Assembly: GCF_009914755.1 (NCBI RefSeq)
Contig: NC_060945.1
DNA: 64,000 nucleotides
Strand: one strand, 5' to 3'
Source of the DNA: the human T2T-CHM13v2.0 reference genome, Homo sapiens
Below, in pieces: positions 1 through 13,784 of the stretch. A program made the translations under genes and the position numbers. Positions within the stretch are counted from its first letter, which is position 1; every line of letters starts with the position of its first letter. The notes beneath the pieces are model-generated. The model searched no databases. It was not told where the DNA came from and saw only the letters and a program-made list of their open reading frames with translations.

Positions 1-299
1 CAACAAATTATTTGCTGGTTTTTAACTTTATTAACGGATAAAGATCTTAAACAGTAATTATCTTAAAAAACAAGAAAATATAAATTCAATTTAAAAAGCA
101 TCCAAATTACACATATATATTTCCATATGAAATAATTGAATAATTCCTTGGAATGAAAGATGTCAAGCTCTTAGCATCCATATTTCTTCAGCATCTTCTC
201 TCTTGACCTGCTAATTTTGTTGCCCAGACTATTTTAAATTTGATAGCAATCATAACACTATATTATCCAGTTATATTTCCACCAGGATTTATTCTTGTC

Positions 300-1150
300 T
301 TTATATTTAAGTAAATTTAATAGTCATTACCAATAAATTACCAAGGCTTCTCCATCCTCAAGTTCTTTATATTATGTTTTAGATTGTTGAATTTAATTAC
401 CAAGAATTTTTCTTCAGAATTACTCATTTTATATTTTCTGACTCTTTTATATTACAGAATGTCAGCCAGTTGCTTTAATTCTTTTATGACTATTGAGATG
501 GATGTCATATTCTTGGATCACACTTCCTTTTTTTCAAGACTTGGCAATCACTGCTTTACTTATTTTTGGCAAAGAATGTTTCTGTAGAGAAATCTAAAGG
601 CTAGCCTGATTTTACCCTTATAGCTGATGTTTTCTTACTACTTATGATCTAAAAAATTATTTACTTTAAAGTTCACTGGTTTTGGTGTATATAATATGAA
701 TCTCAATTTTGGCTTATCTTTATCAACTTTCTTGGTATGTGATATATCCTGAATTCTTAAAAAATTGTTCTGTATATTTTTCCTGTGAATTTAGTTTCTA
801 TATAATTTAAAATATTTTTTTCCAAGGTATCTCGCTGAATATTATTTGTATTGTTTACTTCAGGGACATCAATTACCTTATGTTGCATCATTTTTGTTTT
901 TTATATAAATAATATTCTGTATATTGATGTAATATTTTGACTTTCCGTCTACGTTCACTATGATTTCTGAAGCCTTTTCCTCATAACAGCAACTTGATTT
1001 TCCATTGCACTCATTCTGTTTCTTTCAGTTTGTATCTTTCTGTGTTTCAGTTTGTTGACTTCTGTTACTATCTTTACATTACACATCTTTTAGGTAGTTA
1101 TTTTGTGCTGTGATTTTATGTAAGTAATTTTATCATTAATTTCTTTAATA
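300..1150 (-). mobile_element. Highly degraded old LINE-1 (L1M/HAL1-like) fragment
   Basis: T-rich strand with L1-antisense-like phrases (e.g. gtttctgtagagaaatct, gggacatcaattacc); boundaries approximate. Confidence 0.4.
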
Positions 1151-2241
1151 ACTCAGTGATTTTAAGGAAGTTGTCTGTTGTTTGCTGTTTAGTTTGTTTT
1201 TGCTTCTGCTATTTTATGTAACGCATTTACTCATATTTTGTGATATTCCTTGTTTTTATAATCATGGATAGTATGAACAGCATTCTGTAGGTCCTATGTG
1301 TTTAATCATAGAGCAATCAAATTGTCTTTGACAGACATCCTAATTTAACTTATACTTCCAGTAGCTTGAGGATGTGTGGTTAGAGAGGTTAAAAGGCTGG
1401 CAAGCATTACAGGGGGCTCTTTTCTGTACTCTAAGTTGCCACTGGATGTACCCTCTCCCTTCTGCCAGGTTTCTGTCACTCCCTCCATGAGGTATCCCTT
1501 GTACTCCCTTCTCAATCCAGTGACTGATTAAGTTAAATGACCAATGTGCAAATTGGAACTCCTTGAAAAAATAAATAAATCAAGATGTTTCAGAACTTGA
1601 AGTTAGAGTACAATGTATGATGGCCATAAGAAATTGAGAAATGCAAGTATATTAAAATTAAAGCCTTTTGTATATCCAAGACACTTTAATAAAAGTGAAA
1701 GCTGGCAGAAGTTACTTGTATTACAAATAATTAAGAGGATTCATATAGTTTTATAAAGACTTCAGAATTCAAAAATAAAAATGCTAAATATATGAATAGA
1801 CTACTGGGGGGTGTAAATGAGCACATTCTTTACAGAATAGTCAATGCGTGTGGCTAACATACATATGAAGAGACGTCCAAAGTCATTGACATTGAAGGAA
1901 GCTGGAAGCAGGACTCTAATGCGATGTCATTTTATACCCATTCAATTGGCAAGTAAGAAGCCTGAAATGCAAAATGTCACAGCAGATAAAGATTGATTCA
2001 TTCTCTCACGCACTTAGGGGAATAGAAAATAGGAACAAAAAATGAACAATCTCTTTGAGTATAAAATACAGCATTATTCTCTAGGGCTGGTAAATTCATA
2101 TAATCTTTGAGACAGAGATGTAGTACAATGACTGTATTTTGACTGTAATAGGCACTCAGTTAGGGACTGTATATCCCAGCTCTCACTGTGGTAGGGAAAG
2201 CCATGTGACTTGTTTACTATTGGAATAAGAGCAACAGTGAA

Positions 2242-2608
2242 TGTACTAGCTTGCCAGGGATGGCCACAAAATACCACAGACTGGATGTCTTAAACATGAG
2301 AAATGTATTTTCTTATAGTTTTGGACGCTAGAATTCCAAGATCAAGGCATCCCCAGTTCAGTTTCTCTTGAGGCCTGTCTCCTTGATTTACAGAAGCTAT
2401 TTTGTCACTCTGTCTTGACACAGCCATTCTTCTCTATGTGTGCATGTCTGCTGTATCTTACACTTTATTATAAAGACTTCAGTCATATTGGATTAAGACC
2501 CCATCTTCATGACCTTGTTTTTATCTCCAAATATAGTTACTTTCTGAAATACTGAGATGTGGGACATCAATGTGTTAATTTTGTGGAAATATAATTCAGT
2601 TCATCCCA
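2242..2608 (-). mobile_element. MLT1A/MLT1B-like solo LTR (ERVL-MaLR)
   Basis: aaaataccacagactgg...aaatgtattttcttatagtt...ccaagatcaagg...cagtcatattggattaag...ctccaaatatagttac; TG...CA ends. Confidence 0.75.
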
Positions 2609-2691
2609 GTGCGGTACACCATTATTGAGCCAAGGTTTCTGGGAGATAGATGTGCTACCTTCATGTTCTCTTGAACTTCTGATAATCATAT

Positions 2692-2718
2692 ACACACACA
2701 CACACGCACACACACACA
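2692..2718. repeat. (CA)n microsatellite
   Basis: Direct inspection; one CG interruption. Confidence 0.9.
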
Positions 2719-2962
2719 ATTATGTGGTACAAGAGGAAAGAAACCTTGATTTCTGAATTACTGAATGGAGATCAGGCACCTGCTTTGAACTGATACATAA
2801 GCAAGAAAGAGAGGTTTAATATATTTGAGTCATTTACATATTTTGGTCCATTTGTTAAGTTACCTTAATCTATAATGAACATAATTTAAGCCTCATGAAT
2901 ATCACTCATGCACAAAATCAACTTTTACACTTAGTAACAGCAGATATAAAGAAGAATGTTCA

Positions 2963-3253
2963 GGCCGGGTGAGGTGTCTCAAGCCTGTAATCCCAGCAGT
3001 TTGGGAGGCCGAGGCAGGCAGATCACGAGGTCAGGAGTTCGAGACCGGCCTGACCACATTGTGAAACCCTGCCTCTACTACAAAAATTAGTCAGGCATGA
3101 TGGCATGCGCTTGTAATCCCAGCTACTCAGGAGGCTGAGGCAGGAGAATCACTTGAACCCAGGAGGCAGAGGTTGCACTGAGCCGAGATCATGCCACTGC
3201 CCTCCAGCCTGGGCGACAGAGTGAGACTCCATCTCAAAAAAAAAAAAAAAAAA
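2963..3253 (+). mobile_element. AluS (Sg-like) full length
   Basis: Dimeric Alu with poly-A tail; TSD aaagaagaatgttca (2948-2962) / aaagaagactgttca (3251-3265). Confidence 0.95.
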
Positions 3254-3939
3254 GAAGACTGTTCAGAGCAATATTACTCATGAGGGGAAAAAAACTAGAA
3301 ACAGCCTAAATTCTCATCAATTTGAGAATGAATAAATAAATTGTTGATCATTAAAATGATGAAATATTGCACAGTACTAAAAATACCAAATATACATACT
3401 TCAATCACGATAAATTGTAGAAATGTAAAATTGAGAGAAAAATTTCACAGAAGGCTGCATACAATTTTCTACTGTTTTTATAAACATAAAATAAATAAAA
3501 CATATTTTAAGTACGCATATATATATTTATATGTCATAAAATGATAAAGAATCTTGAGGCCATGATAAAAACATCAGCTTGGCCACCTGCTCTTCAGAAG
3601 AGGGAGGAGGGTCGGCTCAGGAAATTGTATGGAGTGCTTATGTAGTATTGGTAATACTCTGTTTATTGTGTTTTGTAATGGGTTCTGTTTTATTCTTTCC
3701 AAGTTGCATATGTGAAATACATATATACAATATTTATTATAATATTATGTATTAAGCATTTTTATTTGAATAATTTTAAACATCTCCAAAATAATCATTT
3801 TGTCCCTTTTAAACATTGTAATAGTAAATTACAGTTGGCATGGCTATATTTGTTTAAGGTCTAATAAAATTTTTTTAAAAATCAAATTTGTCATTAACAG
3901 GTTACTCAGTAAGATATCATATAATTTTGAAAATAATTT

Positions 3940-4339
<400 letters not shown>

Positions 4340-5479
4340 TTAGGGTGGGATTCAAAAGTGGTAAGTAGTAAAAATAATTTTAGGTGAAAATAATATAAGT
4401 TGATAATTAAAAATACCATATCGTTGCACAGAGACTAGTTGTCTTTGCCAAGAACATCAGTTAACTATCAGATAAAGCTAAAATTCTTGTCCTTGTGATT
4501 TAGTGATTTTACAGGCAATGCTTATTGATTGAATAATAGTTAGCAGGTTAAATGTTTATTATTTCTGACTTTCTAATAATTATAAAATCAGTTGTATATG
4601 GTGCATAATACTGGAAGGGAAAGCCATAAATACTAAATAATATACATATCTAACTGGCATTTCTATCTCTACTTGAGGTAAAAAGTATTAACGTGTTCAA
4701 TAATATTTCTGTATTCCATTAAGAAATCATGATACATATGTACTTCTCCAAAGGATTAAAAATCAATTCCCGTGTAGAAAGGATCCTGTGATAATTGGGA
4801 TTGAATTGCAAAGAATATCCTTATGATTTTATCTTGAAAGATTTTTCTACAAGAGTAGTGGTGTGCACTTTTATTAGTTTAATTACCTTGAAATCTTAAA
4901 GACAGAAGAATTTTTAAAGTTAGTCAAAATATGGGAGTTAAATATATTCATTATTTTTCAATTCTTCTTAAGGAGGTATGAAGGACAATTCAGAAATAAA
5001 TATTTATAATGAGGATTGGCTTAAGAATGCTTGACCTCAGAAAAGCACTTCCATTATCCTTTAAGAAAAGTGTCTACATTTCAAGATTAGATACTCTGAT
5101 TAATTTAACATTTAATTTACAATATTGGGGAGTATATTTCCTAAGGAATTGATGAAAGAAGTTTCATTATTTCTTACAATTTTTTTATATTTTTGCATGT
5201 TTCTTAGTGTTTGTAGTCTCTAAAATGTACTCTTCAACATTGATATTTCTTGAACATTCTACCCTATTTTTCATCTATTTTTAATTTTCTCTGTTTTTCA
5301 TTAGATTCATTTTGCCTTACCCTCTTCATTTTATCTTCCTTCTCTAAAATGCTAAAATAAAGAAAGGGAGAAACAGCTTTGTTGGGGCCATCTCTGCTAT
5401 TTTATTTTCGATGGCAGGCATTATATCTTAGTGGAAATTGTGCAGTCTTTGATAAAACATACATCCGCTTACGGAATTG

Positions 5480-5635
5480 GATATGTTTTATACAAATTTC
5501 AACTTCAACTTCTTCATCTGTAAAACAGGGTAAATAATATCGAATTTGAGTTATTAAGGCAATAGAAAGAATATATTTAAAGCTCCTAGAACATATTCAA
5601 TATTCAGTTAGTGGTAGCTATTATTGATTATATTA
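5480..5635 (+). mobile_element. MIR fragment
   Basis: MIR core ttcttcatctgtaaaacaggg...taataat and tail ggtagctattatt. Confidence 0.6.
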
Positions 5636-5754
5636 TTGGTCTTGGTATCACTAAGGAGTATAGGAGATAAAATATATTATTAAATGTAGAATTAGAAGTT
5701 AGAGGTAAAAAAATGAGTGATATTCAGCATTGAGAGATTTTTATAATTTGGTAG

Positions 5755-6279
5755 TGATAGTGATAGGAAGCAGAGAAATTCCTGGGCAGACAGGGACAGG
5801 TGCCTGGTGAAACTCAACCTTCAAGCCAAGGAGAGTCTAAAGTGTAACACAAAACTACCAATCCTGGATAGAGTCCGTGGACCAGGGTGGGAACTTCCAT
5901 TTCCATTTGGTGCAATCAGCCCCTCATTGGTTCTGGGCTAAGACTTCACTTCAGCTCTCTATTGATTCTTTACACTCTTGTACCTCTTTCTGAATGGTGC
6001 TTTTTCCAAGCCTACCCACAAACCAATCAGCATACATTTCCCCTTTCTAAGCCCATAAAAACCACCTCGCAGCCAACAACTGACTTTCAAGTTCCCTGTT
6101 GCTCCTGAGAGCTTTCTTTCTGTCACTCAATAAAATTCTCCTCTGCCTTACTCACTCTCCAGTGTCTGCACACCTCATTCCTCTTGGTCGTGAGACAAGA
6201 ACTCAGAACTTGCTGAAATGCAGAAGTGAAAGAGCAGTATCACTCCATCCTGCTGAACTACGGGAGTGAAGAAGCCACA
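5755..6279 (+). mobile_element. ERV1-class solo LTR (MER50-like)
   Basis: TG...CA termini, perfect 4-bp TSD GTAG (5751-5754 / 6280-6283), AATAAA at 6129-6134, CCAAT boxes upstream. Confidence 0.85.
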
Positions 6280-7413
6280 GTAGGACTTTACTAGAAGTGA
6301 GGATTGGAGAACAGAATCTTTCCAAAAGGTAAGATTACCAGTGTCTCATTCTTAGAGAAGTTTTTAAATGAAACTACCTGATCTTGAAGCAAGAACATAG
6401 ACTGAGTTGAACAACAGGGAAGATCAGTTGTGAAATCTCATACACTGCTGGGGCACCCAGACTCAATGCTGGTGCGCAGTGTCTGGTGATCATGAAGCAT
6501 ATGTGTTGGGTTAGAAGAGAAACTAGCAGTTGGAGTCATTGACTATTAATGTAATTTCTGTTTTCAGAAAGTATTTCAGAACTGAGTCAGTTTCAGAAGC
6601 CCATCATTAATCCAATCCGGGAAGAAGAGAACAGAAACATTAAAAGGAAGACCGGTTCTAACTTAAATCCATGAAACCATAACTAATTTCTTATTTCAAT
6701 TAAGATTTCTTAACAAAGGTTTTTGCATTTACATCTACCTGAATTTAATCTACATAAACTTCAAATTTCACCCTCCAACTGGTTGAAACATACATGTACT
6801 AAATTTAGTATTATCCTAAATAAGAACAAGTGTTTCTAAAGGCACAAGTTATTTATAGTGTATCCTTCTACCAACTACTCTGATAGAAAAGGAGATTGGA
6901 GGAGTTAATTATGTTTCATAAAAATAAAACATCCTAGTTCATAATATTTCACATGCATCTACAGGAGAGTGAGACCTGTCTTTGAGAATAGAAAAGATTA
7001 TGATATTATTTCCATAATTATTTTCTAAATAAACTAAAGCTAAGATATACAAATTTAGAGAATACAAATTTTGACAGCACTTTCAAATTTTAGAGACATA
7101 AAATTATACAGATATGTTTTGAGACGTAATTAAACATACTGTTAAATACAAATTATGATCACCATGTAAACATAAAAAGCACTAACAGAAATAATGCAAA
7201 AAATATAAAAATCTAGATACTAACATAATTTAGTAACTGAATGACCTTGAAAAGTAGAATAGTCATTAATTTAGACTAACTTGAATGATAGCTTTTTCTC
7301 CAATTACAAAGCCAATACATACACATTGAATAGAAAGATAGTAACAAAATTCAAAAGATATGCTGTTTTTTTCCTACTAATAGTTTTATTCCTATATTTT
7401 TAAATTTTATTTG

Positions 7414-7856
7414 CAATTTACAGTTGTGGATATATAATTGTTGTATGTACTTATGGGGTACATGTGACATTTTGATACAAGCATACCATGTGTAATGACC
7501 AAATTATGGTAACTGGGATATCTATCACCTCAAGCAGTTATTATTTCTTTGTGTTAGAAACATTCCAACTCCATTATTTTAGTTATTTTGAAAGACACAA
7601 TAAATTATTGTTAACTCTTAGTTTCCCTATTGTGCTACTGAACAGTGGGTCTTATCACTTTTAGCTGTATTTTTGTACCCATTAACGAACCCCTCTCTGC
7701 CTCCCCCCACAACAGTACCCGTCTAAGCCTCTGGTAACCATTATTCTACTCTTTGTCTCTAAAAGTACAATTTTTTTAAAGTGTATGTTACATGAAATAA
7801 GCCAGGCACAGATAGACAAATATTACATATTCTCTCTAATATACGGGAACCAAAAA
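7414..7856 (-). mobile_element. L1MA-type 3' end with inverted 5' segment (7784-7856 on + strand)
   Basis: Antisense L1MA 3'UTR (ggggtacatgtg...gcctctggtaaccattattctactct) followed by the adjacent upstream L1 segment in sense orientation (tgaaataagccaggcacag...gggaaccaaaaa). Confidence 0.85.
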
Positions 7857-7879
7857 TTATTTGTTTTTTAAGTTAACAG

Positions 7880-8320
7880 TGAAATATTTCAGAATGCAAA
7901 TAGGTTTTGAGGAAAGTATTACTATACCCCAAGTGCCTCTGTGAAGCTGAAGAAACAAATCTAACAAAAATGATTGAAGTCTTTTTTCTCCTCTCCCAAA
8001 TCTCTCTCCTTCTCCCACATAGTTAAACACTAAACAGAATTTGGTTTTCATTGTTTATGTGCCTTTTCTATACTTTTGCTGTGTAGTATTATATGGTTAT
8101 GCTAAAACTATTCTTTTGCAACCTATTTTTTATGCTTAACATTGTGTTTGAGATTTATCCAAGTCAACTTTTTTATTCTAGATTCTTTATTTCAACTGTT
8201 GTATCACATTTTATTTATATAAATATACTACAATTTATCTATGCAAATATTAATTTGAATCTCTTTTTATTTAAAATTTCAATTTAAAATGTTAATAGGA
8301 ATTCTTCACAAATAGCACTG
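7880..8320 (-). mobile_element. Old L1ME-type 3' fragment
   Basis: ttcttttgcaacc...cttaacattgtgtttgagatttatcc antisense L1M 3'UTR phrases. Confidence 0.5.
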
Positions 8321-9464
8321 TAATGGTTATTTAACATTTAACAACGTGAACATAATATAAGATGCCTAATGAGTCTCCATTATTAGATATTTGGGTTAAC
8401 GTACTCTCTCCACTTCTCCCAAGAATTTAGAATATTATATAGTGCATAATAGATGCTTAGTAAAAACATTTATTTTCAAAGAATAACTTTCTAGGTTTTC
8501 ATTGTTATAATTAATAATTCAAATAAATTATACGTTACTTTTCATGTGATTATCTGACAATTTTTATGCTATATTAGAGAGAAGGTTGTTGTAGGAAAAA
8601 ATATACAATTATGTAATTTTCTTTCCTGTTCTTACACTTTAGAGGTAGAATTTGGGAATTACATCAGCTCTGCTTAGCCCAAAACTTTGGAAAAGAGAAA
8701 TTGGCTGCTGACTGTTGGCCTACCTCATCCTTTAACAAATGCTTGATAAACAACCTTTGCTCAAAGGTGTCACTCTGTCACTCTGAAGAGCACGTGTAAG
8801 ATTAAATTTCCATTGGAAAAGATGAAAGCTCTTTGCCACATTTACAGTGGGCTCAGATCTTTCTATTTTAGCAGGAAAAAAAACAAGTGCCAAACTATGC
8901 TGACTTTTAAAAAATTAATCAAATGATGTTCAAATCTAATTTGTAAGAACACTTCCCTTCTCCCATGGGGCTTAATAAAAACACTTTTATTTTCTCCTAG
9001 GGTGGTGGGAGGGGTTGTTGTAAATAATTACTTTTATTTATCCTGAATTGATTCTTGTAAGGAATAAAAGTCACTTCCAAAGGAAAGAGTTAAGAGCCAT
9101 TATTGCCCAGATGAGCCCAACATCTTACAATGTGGACAATTTTCAAGCACGAATTACCAATGTGAATTTGCCTGGAGCAACCTGCATCTCTCTCTCTGCG
9201 GTCCCCACCCCTCATATTTATTTCTTACAATAAGTGAGAGCTGGCTGAGTGTAGCAGATATCTAGGCAAAGTAAGATAACTCAAATGAATAAAATGTTTG
9301 TCTATTGTCAGTGTTCTGTTAACCATTTTAACTAACTTTCATCCTAGCCTTTATCTTATTTGACCTTAGGACACTGTGACCTCATTGGATTCCTTCTCTA
9401 TTTTTTCATATATAAAAAGAATAAGTTGAATATTTTCTATACTTGATTATTACAATTCCATCTT

Positions 9465-10122
9465 TGTCAAGTAGACCTTGAAATGACCCCAGTAATTCCC
9501 AACTTCTGGTGTTCACTTCCTGCATTATCTTCTCCCTTTGAATGTTAATTGTTTCTCATCAATGAGATACGGTAAAGATGAAGAAATTTTGGAGATGTAA
9601 TTAAGATCCCAATTAAGTTGCTTTTGAGTTAATCAAAAGGGAGATTAATCTAGGTGGGTCTGGTTTTACTGATAAAAGAACTCAAAGCGAAAATGGATCA
9701 TCCCTGAAGTAAGAGTTTCTCTCCCTCTCTCTATCCCTTTCTCTCTCTCTCTATTGCTAGTTTTGAAGAAGCTTCCATGTTGTGAGAGAGCATATGGAGG
9801 GGGCCACGTGGCAAGGAACTGTAGTGGCCACTGAGTACTGAGAGTGCTGAGTGCTGAACATAGAACCTCAGGGCAACAGTTGCAAAGACATGAATTCCAC
9901 CAACAACATGAAGGCCTTGGAAATGGATTATTCTCTAGTCCAGGCTCTGATCACCACAGCCCCAGCCAACACCTGAATTTGAGCCTTGTGAGACCCTGGA
10001 GTAGAGAACTTAGCTAGGATATGCCTGACTTCTGCCCTACAGAAACAAAGACATAATAAATGTGTGCTATTTTAAGCTTCAAGTTTGTGATGATTTACTA
10101 CACAGTATAGAAAACTAATACA
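9465..10122 (+). mobile_element. MLT1E-type solo LTR (ERVL-MaLR)
   Basis: TG...CA ends (gaaaactaataca), gagttaatcaaaagggagatta, ccacgtggcaaggaactg, AATAAA near the 3' end; TSD atctt/atatt. Confidence 0.85.
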
Positions 10123-11550
10123 ATATTACTTTTCTTTCTGCAACATATGTTTCCATTAGTCTAACTTCCATCTTGATTCAACAGATATTTTTTGAATTCT
10201 TATGCCAAGTGCTGTTAAGAATTTATCTCACAATCACATAGGTCAGTAAATAGCAGCGACCAGATGGGAGTTCAGGCCCTTTTAGTCATTGCTCAGTGAT
10301 CATTCCCTTACAATAAACATCTGTGGATGCACTAATCCAAATATCAAGTGTGTGATTGCCACAAATATTTGAGTTATAAGATGTTAGAAATGTTTAATAT
10401 ATATATGCAAAATTTGGAACTGTATTGATACTTATGGAATGTTATGCTAGGAAAAGAGGTTAAGTGAGCCATTCTTTTTGTAAATAGTCATCAATATTTA
10501 CAGAATACCTATGTTCAATTTTTGTTTTGCCTGAAGGTCAAAAAAGAAGTGAGGATCATATGGGAAATATACCTTCTTAAGAAAAAAGACTATGATCTCC
10601 ATTCACAAAACTACTAATATATCTATGAGCTCTGCTTCATAATATTTCTGGATTTTATAATTAAACTTTCCTATGAATTTTCTAGGTTATTTTTGTGAAT
10701 TTTCTGAGATATATTTCAAATTTTGACAGGGAAGCTTAAATAAGTTGGTTTTTCAGTCAAAATTATTATAATACAGCTAGAAAATAATTTGAACTATATT
10801 AATGGAGCTGCAATAAAATTAATTGAAAATTTTATGGACAATAAAAGCATAAGTGGAAATTTAAAACTAGATTTTGTTTTAATATAATAGCTTTTTAGAA
10901 ATCTATAATGTTATAATAAAATATTGTAAAATGAATGATTTGGACACAATTTCCTACTTGATAGGATCCAAAACTTGTGTGGAGTTGAATAAAAAAGTAC
11001 ATTATAGATTTCCTTTGCTTTAATTTCATTGAGAACTACATTGTAGACTGCAATAAAACAGAGGTCAGATTCAGAGAAAATTGCATTTTACTAGTGGTAG
11101 CAGCAAAAATATGAACCAGAATTTACTACAGTTTTATGAGTTTTTATTAATATCAGTGATAGCACTGAGAAACAATGATACTAATTGAATTACTTATTTT
11201 TGCTATACTTGAAGTTTTATAATAAATGAGATTATTCCAGGAGTTTAAGTTTTTATTTATTTCGCTGAAGATACTAAAATCTGTTTCATTAATTAATAAA
11301 TTAGCCTATATGTTCTGTTATTAATGATGTTGGTAGCTGAAATATTTTGTTTATTAATGGATATATCTTTTATAATGACTTCTGCAAAACAAAGCAAATG
11401 CATCGCTTATGTTCCATTTTCACCATGTAGATTGCATTGTAATTTAATATCAGCATTGCTATAAAAACTTAATTGGTCACAAGACCTGAGTAAACTGGAA
11501 AATAATGGCATTTTCACCAGGATGTTTTTGAGACTGTTCTAATATAGTGA

Positions 11551-11896
<346 letters not shown>

Positions 11897-12331
11897 AGTC
11901 AGTAGTTTTCTTTAAAATGCCTTTGCTGAATGACTTTATAAATGGAGTGAACTAGGTTTCAACAACTTTTGTTTCTCTAACAGCATGTAATGTTTTATCA
12001 TTATCATGTTGTAGTTGATGTTTTTGGGATAAAAATTCCACATATTTTTAGAATTAAGTGTATGTATCTTAAATCTTGTAATTATTTTGAGAATAGGAGA
12101 CAAAAAAATTGAAGAAATTCTATCACTAATAATAGTGAGCAAAACTGGTAAGCTTATACAAAGAAGATCATTTGTTATGCAATAGACAATTTTTTATTTT
12201 TTTTTAGTTGCTTGCTATTTTTTTCCCATCTGTAAGCCTTCTTGAGGTCAGAAGGATAGTTTATTGCTCTTTATCTTTTTGGCAATTAGGGAACTATCTG
12301 ACTTGAATTTTGATTAGAATTGAACCAGGTT

Positions 12332-12590
12332 TTCTGTTTTTGTTTTATAGGAGACAAGTTCTTGCTCTATTGCCCAGGCTGGAGTACAGTGGTATGATCA
12401 TAGTTCACTGTAACCCTAAACCCTAAAAATTTTTAAATTTTTAAAATGCATGGCTAAGTTTCTAATTTTTTGTACAGATGAGGTCCTGCTATTTGTCCCA
12501 GGCTTGCCTTTAACTCTTTGTCTCAAGTAATCCTCCCACCTAGGCCACCCAAAGTGCTGGGAATATAGGTCTGAGCCATTGCTCCCAGCC
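12332..12590 (-). mobile_element. AluJ with internal deletion/replacement in the right arm
   Basis: AluJ-type gatcatag.tcactg and tcaagtaatcctcccacc; TSD tgaaccaggtt / taaactgggtt. Confidence 0.85.
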
Positions 12591-13784
12591 TAAACTGGGT
12601 TGTTAATAAAATTCCTGAAAAAAAATGAATCAAATTTTCATCAGGACAGTGAAATTAACATATTTATCATAATCTTTGCCAAATTAAAAATAATAGGACT
12701 TATATTGGGGGCCAAGGTCATCTACTTTATAGTGCTTGAGTATTTTTTGTGCTTATGGCCTCTCTATATATGGAGGAAGCATATTTTCTTAAATTTATTA
12801 AGTTCTTCTCTATGGTACATAACAATCTTCATTATTCTAAAGTTTTATTTTTCTGAATCCTAAAAGATTGAGTCTCCTAAACAAATCATTAACTATTTGC
12901 ATATTTACCCAACCAAGGCGATCTGAGCTGCCAGCTCAGTAGTAACATATTCTCTAGGCTCCAGTGAGCGGGATCCAATGGTAATGGCAGAGTAATCTAA
13001 ATTTCAGATTTGGCATACGAGATACATACATTAACCCTTCAAATAACTGCCAAAGTAATAGGCAAAACTATGACCTATGCCAGCCTCTACCACTTCTAAA
13101 ATGGTATGACAAAACCATACCTACCCAAGTGTTTTATGAAAAATAAAATAAGACACTGGTCACAACATTATAAGAAATTTAAACTGCATTGTTTAACTTA
13201 ATAATATTTTATTATGATGATGCAGATTAGCAATGAATGTAATACGCATATAAGCAATTAAGAATCAGTTATAGAGTTAACAATTATGTGATTATGATGT
13301 TAACCTATATCAATTAGCTAGTCCATTTAAAAACATATTTGCAGATTTTCATATATTTTACTTAACCTTAAAAGTCATGGTTAGAGATAATTTCCCCAAA
13401 TTATTGAATTATCTAATCAATGTGATATTCTCCAATATTTGGTAGATAAAACACTACTGGTGGTCTTCAGGGTTTAGCTATCTTATTCTTGCCTAGAATT
13501 TTAAAGATATAATTAGTCATATAAATAAAATGTTTTGATTTTCTTTTGTATACATAAGCAGTGACTGTAGGATATCAAAAGCAGGTATGTAAAAGCAATT
13601 GTTAATATTTCCTAATATTATGGATATTGATTATAATGTCACCACTACAGGGTTTTACTTCATTGGAAATTAATAGATTGTGAAATATAAAGATTACTTA
13701 TCATTCTGAATTCAGTGTGCATCAGAATGACTGTTTTAGTAAGACATTCTTTTAAAATAAATCAGGAGGTGAATCTTTTGGTGA

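Larger units (their letters stand above)
2150..2880 (+). mobile_element. Old MLT1 (ERVL-MaLR) LTR remnant hosting a nested MLT1A/B
   Basis: MLT1-like gccatgtgacttg at the start and a degraded 3' end near 2880. Confidence 0.45.
1600..3740 (+). mobile_element. Old L1M(E)-type ORF2 3' end/3'UTR fragments, interrupted by MaLR LTRs and an Alu
   Basis: L1 motifs catatgaagagacgtccaaagtcatt, gatgtcattttatacccatt, aactagaaacagcctaaattctcatcaa; sequence resumes on both sides of the insertions. Confidence 0.55.

Noticed and set aside
1525-1535. Perfect DUX4-type motif (TAACTTAATCA on minus)
   Set aside because: About one such match is expected by chance in 64 kb of AT-rich DNA.
13540-13590. Possible microexon ending CAG|GTATGT
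   Set aside because: Weak, ambiguous acceptor and no other support.
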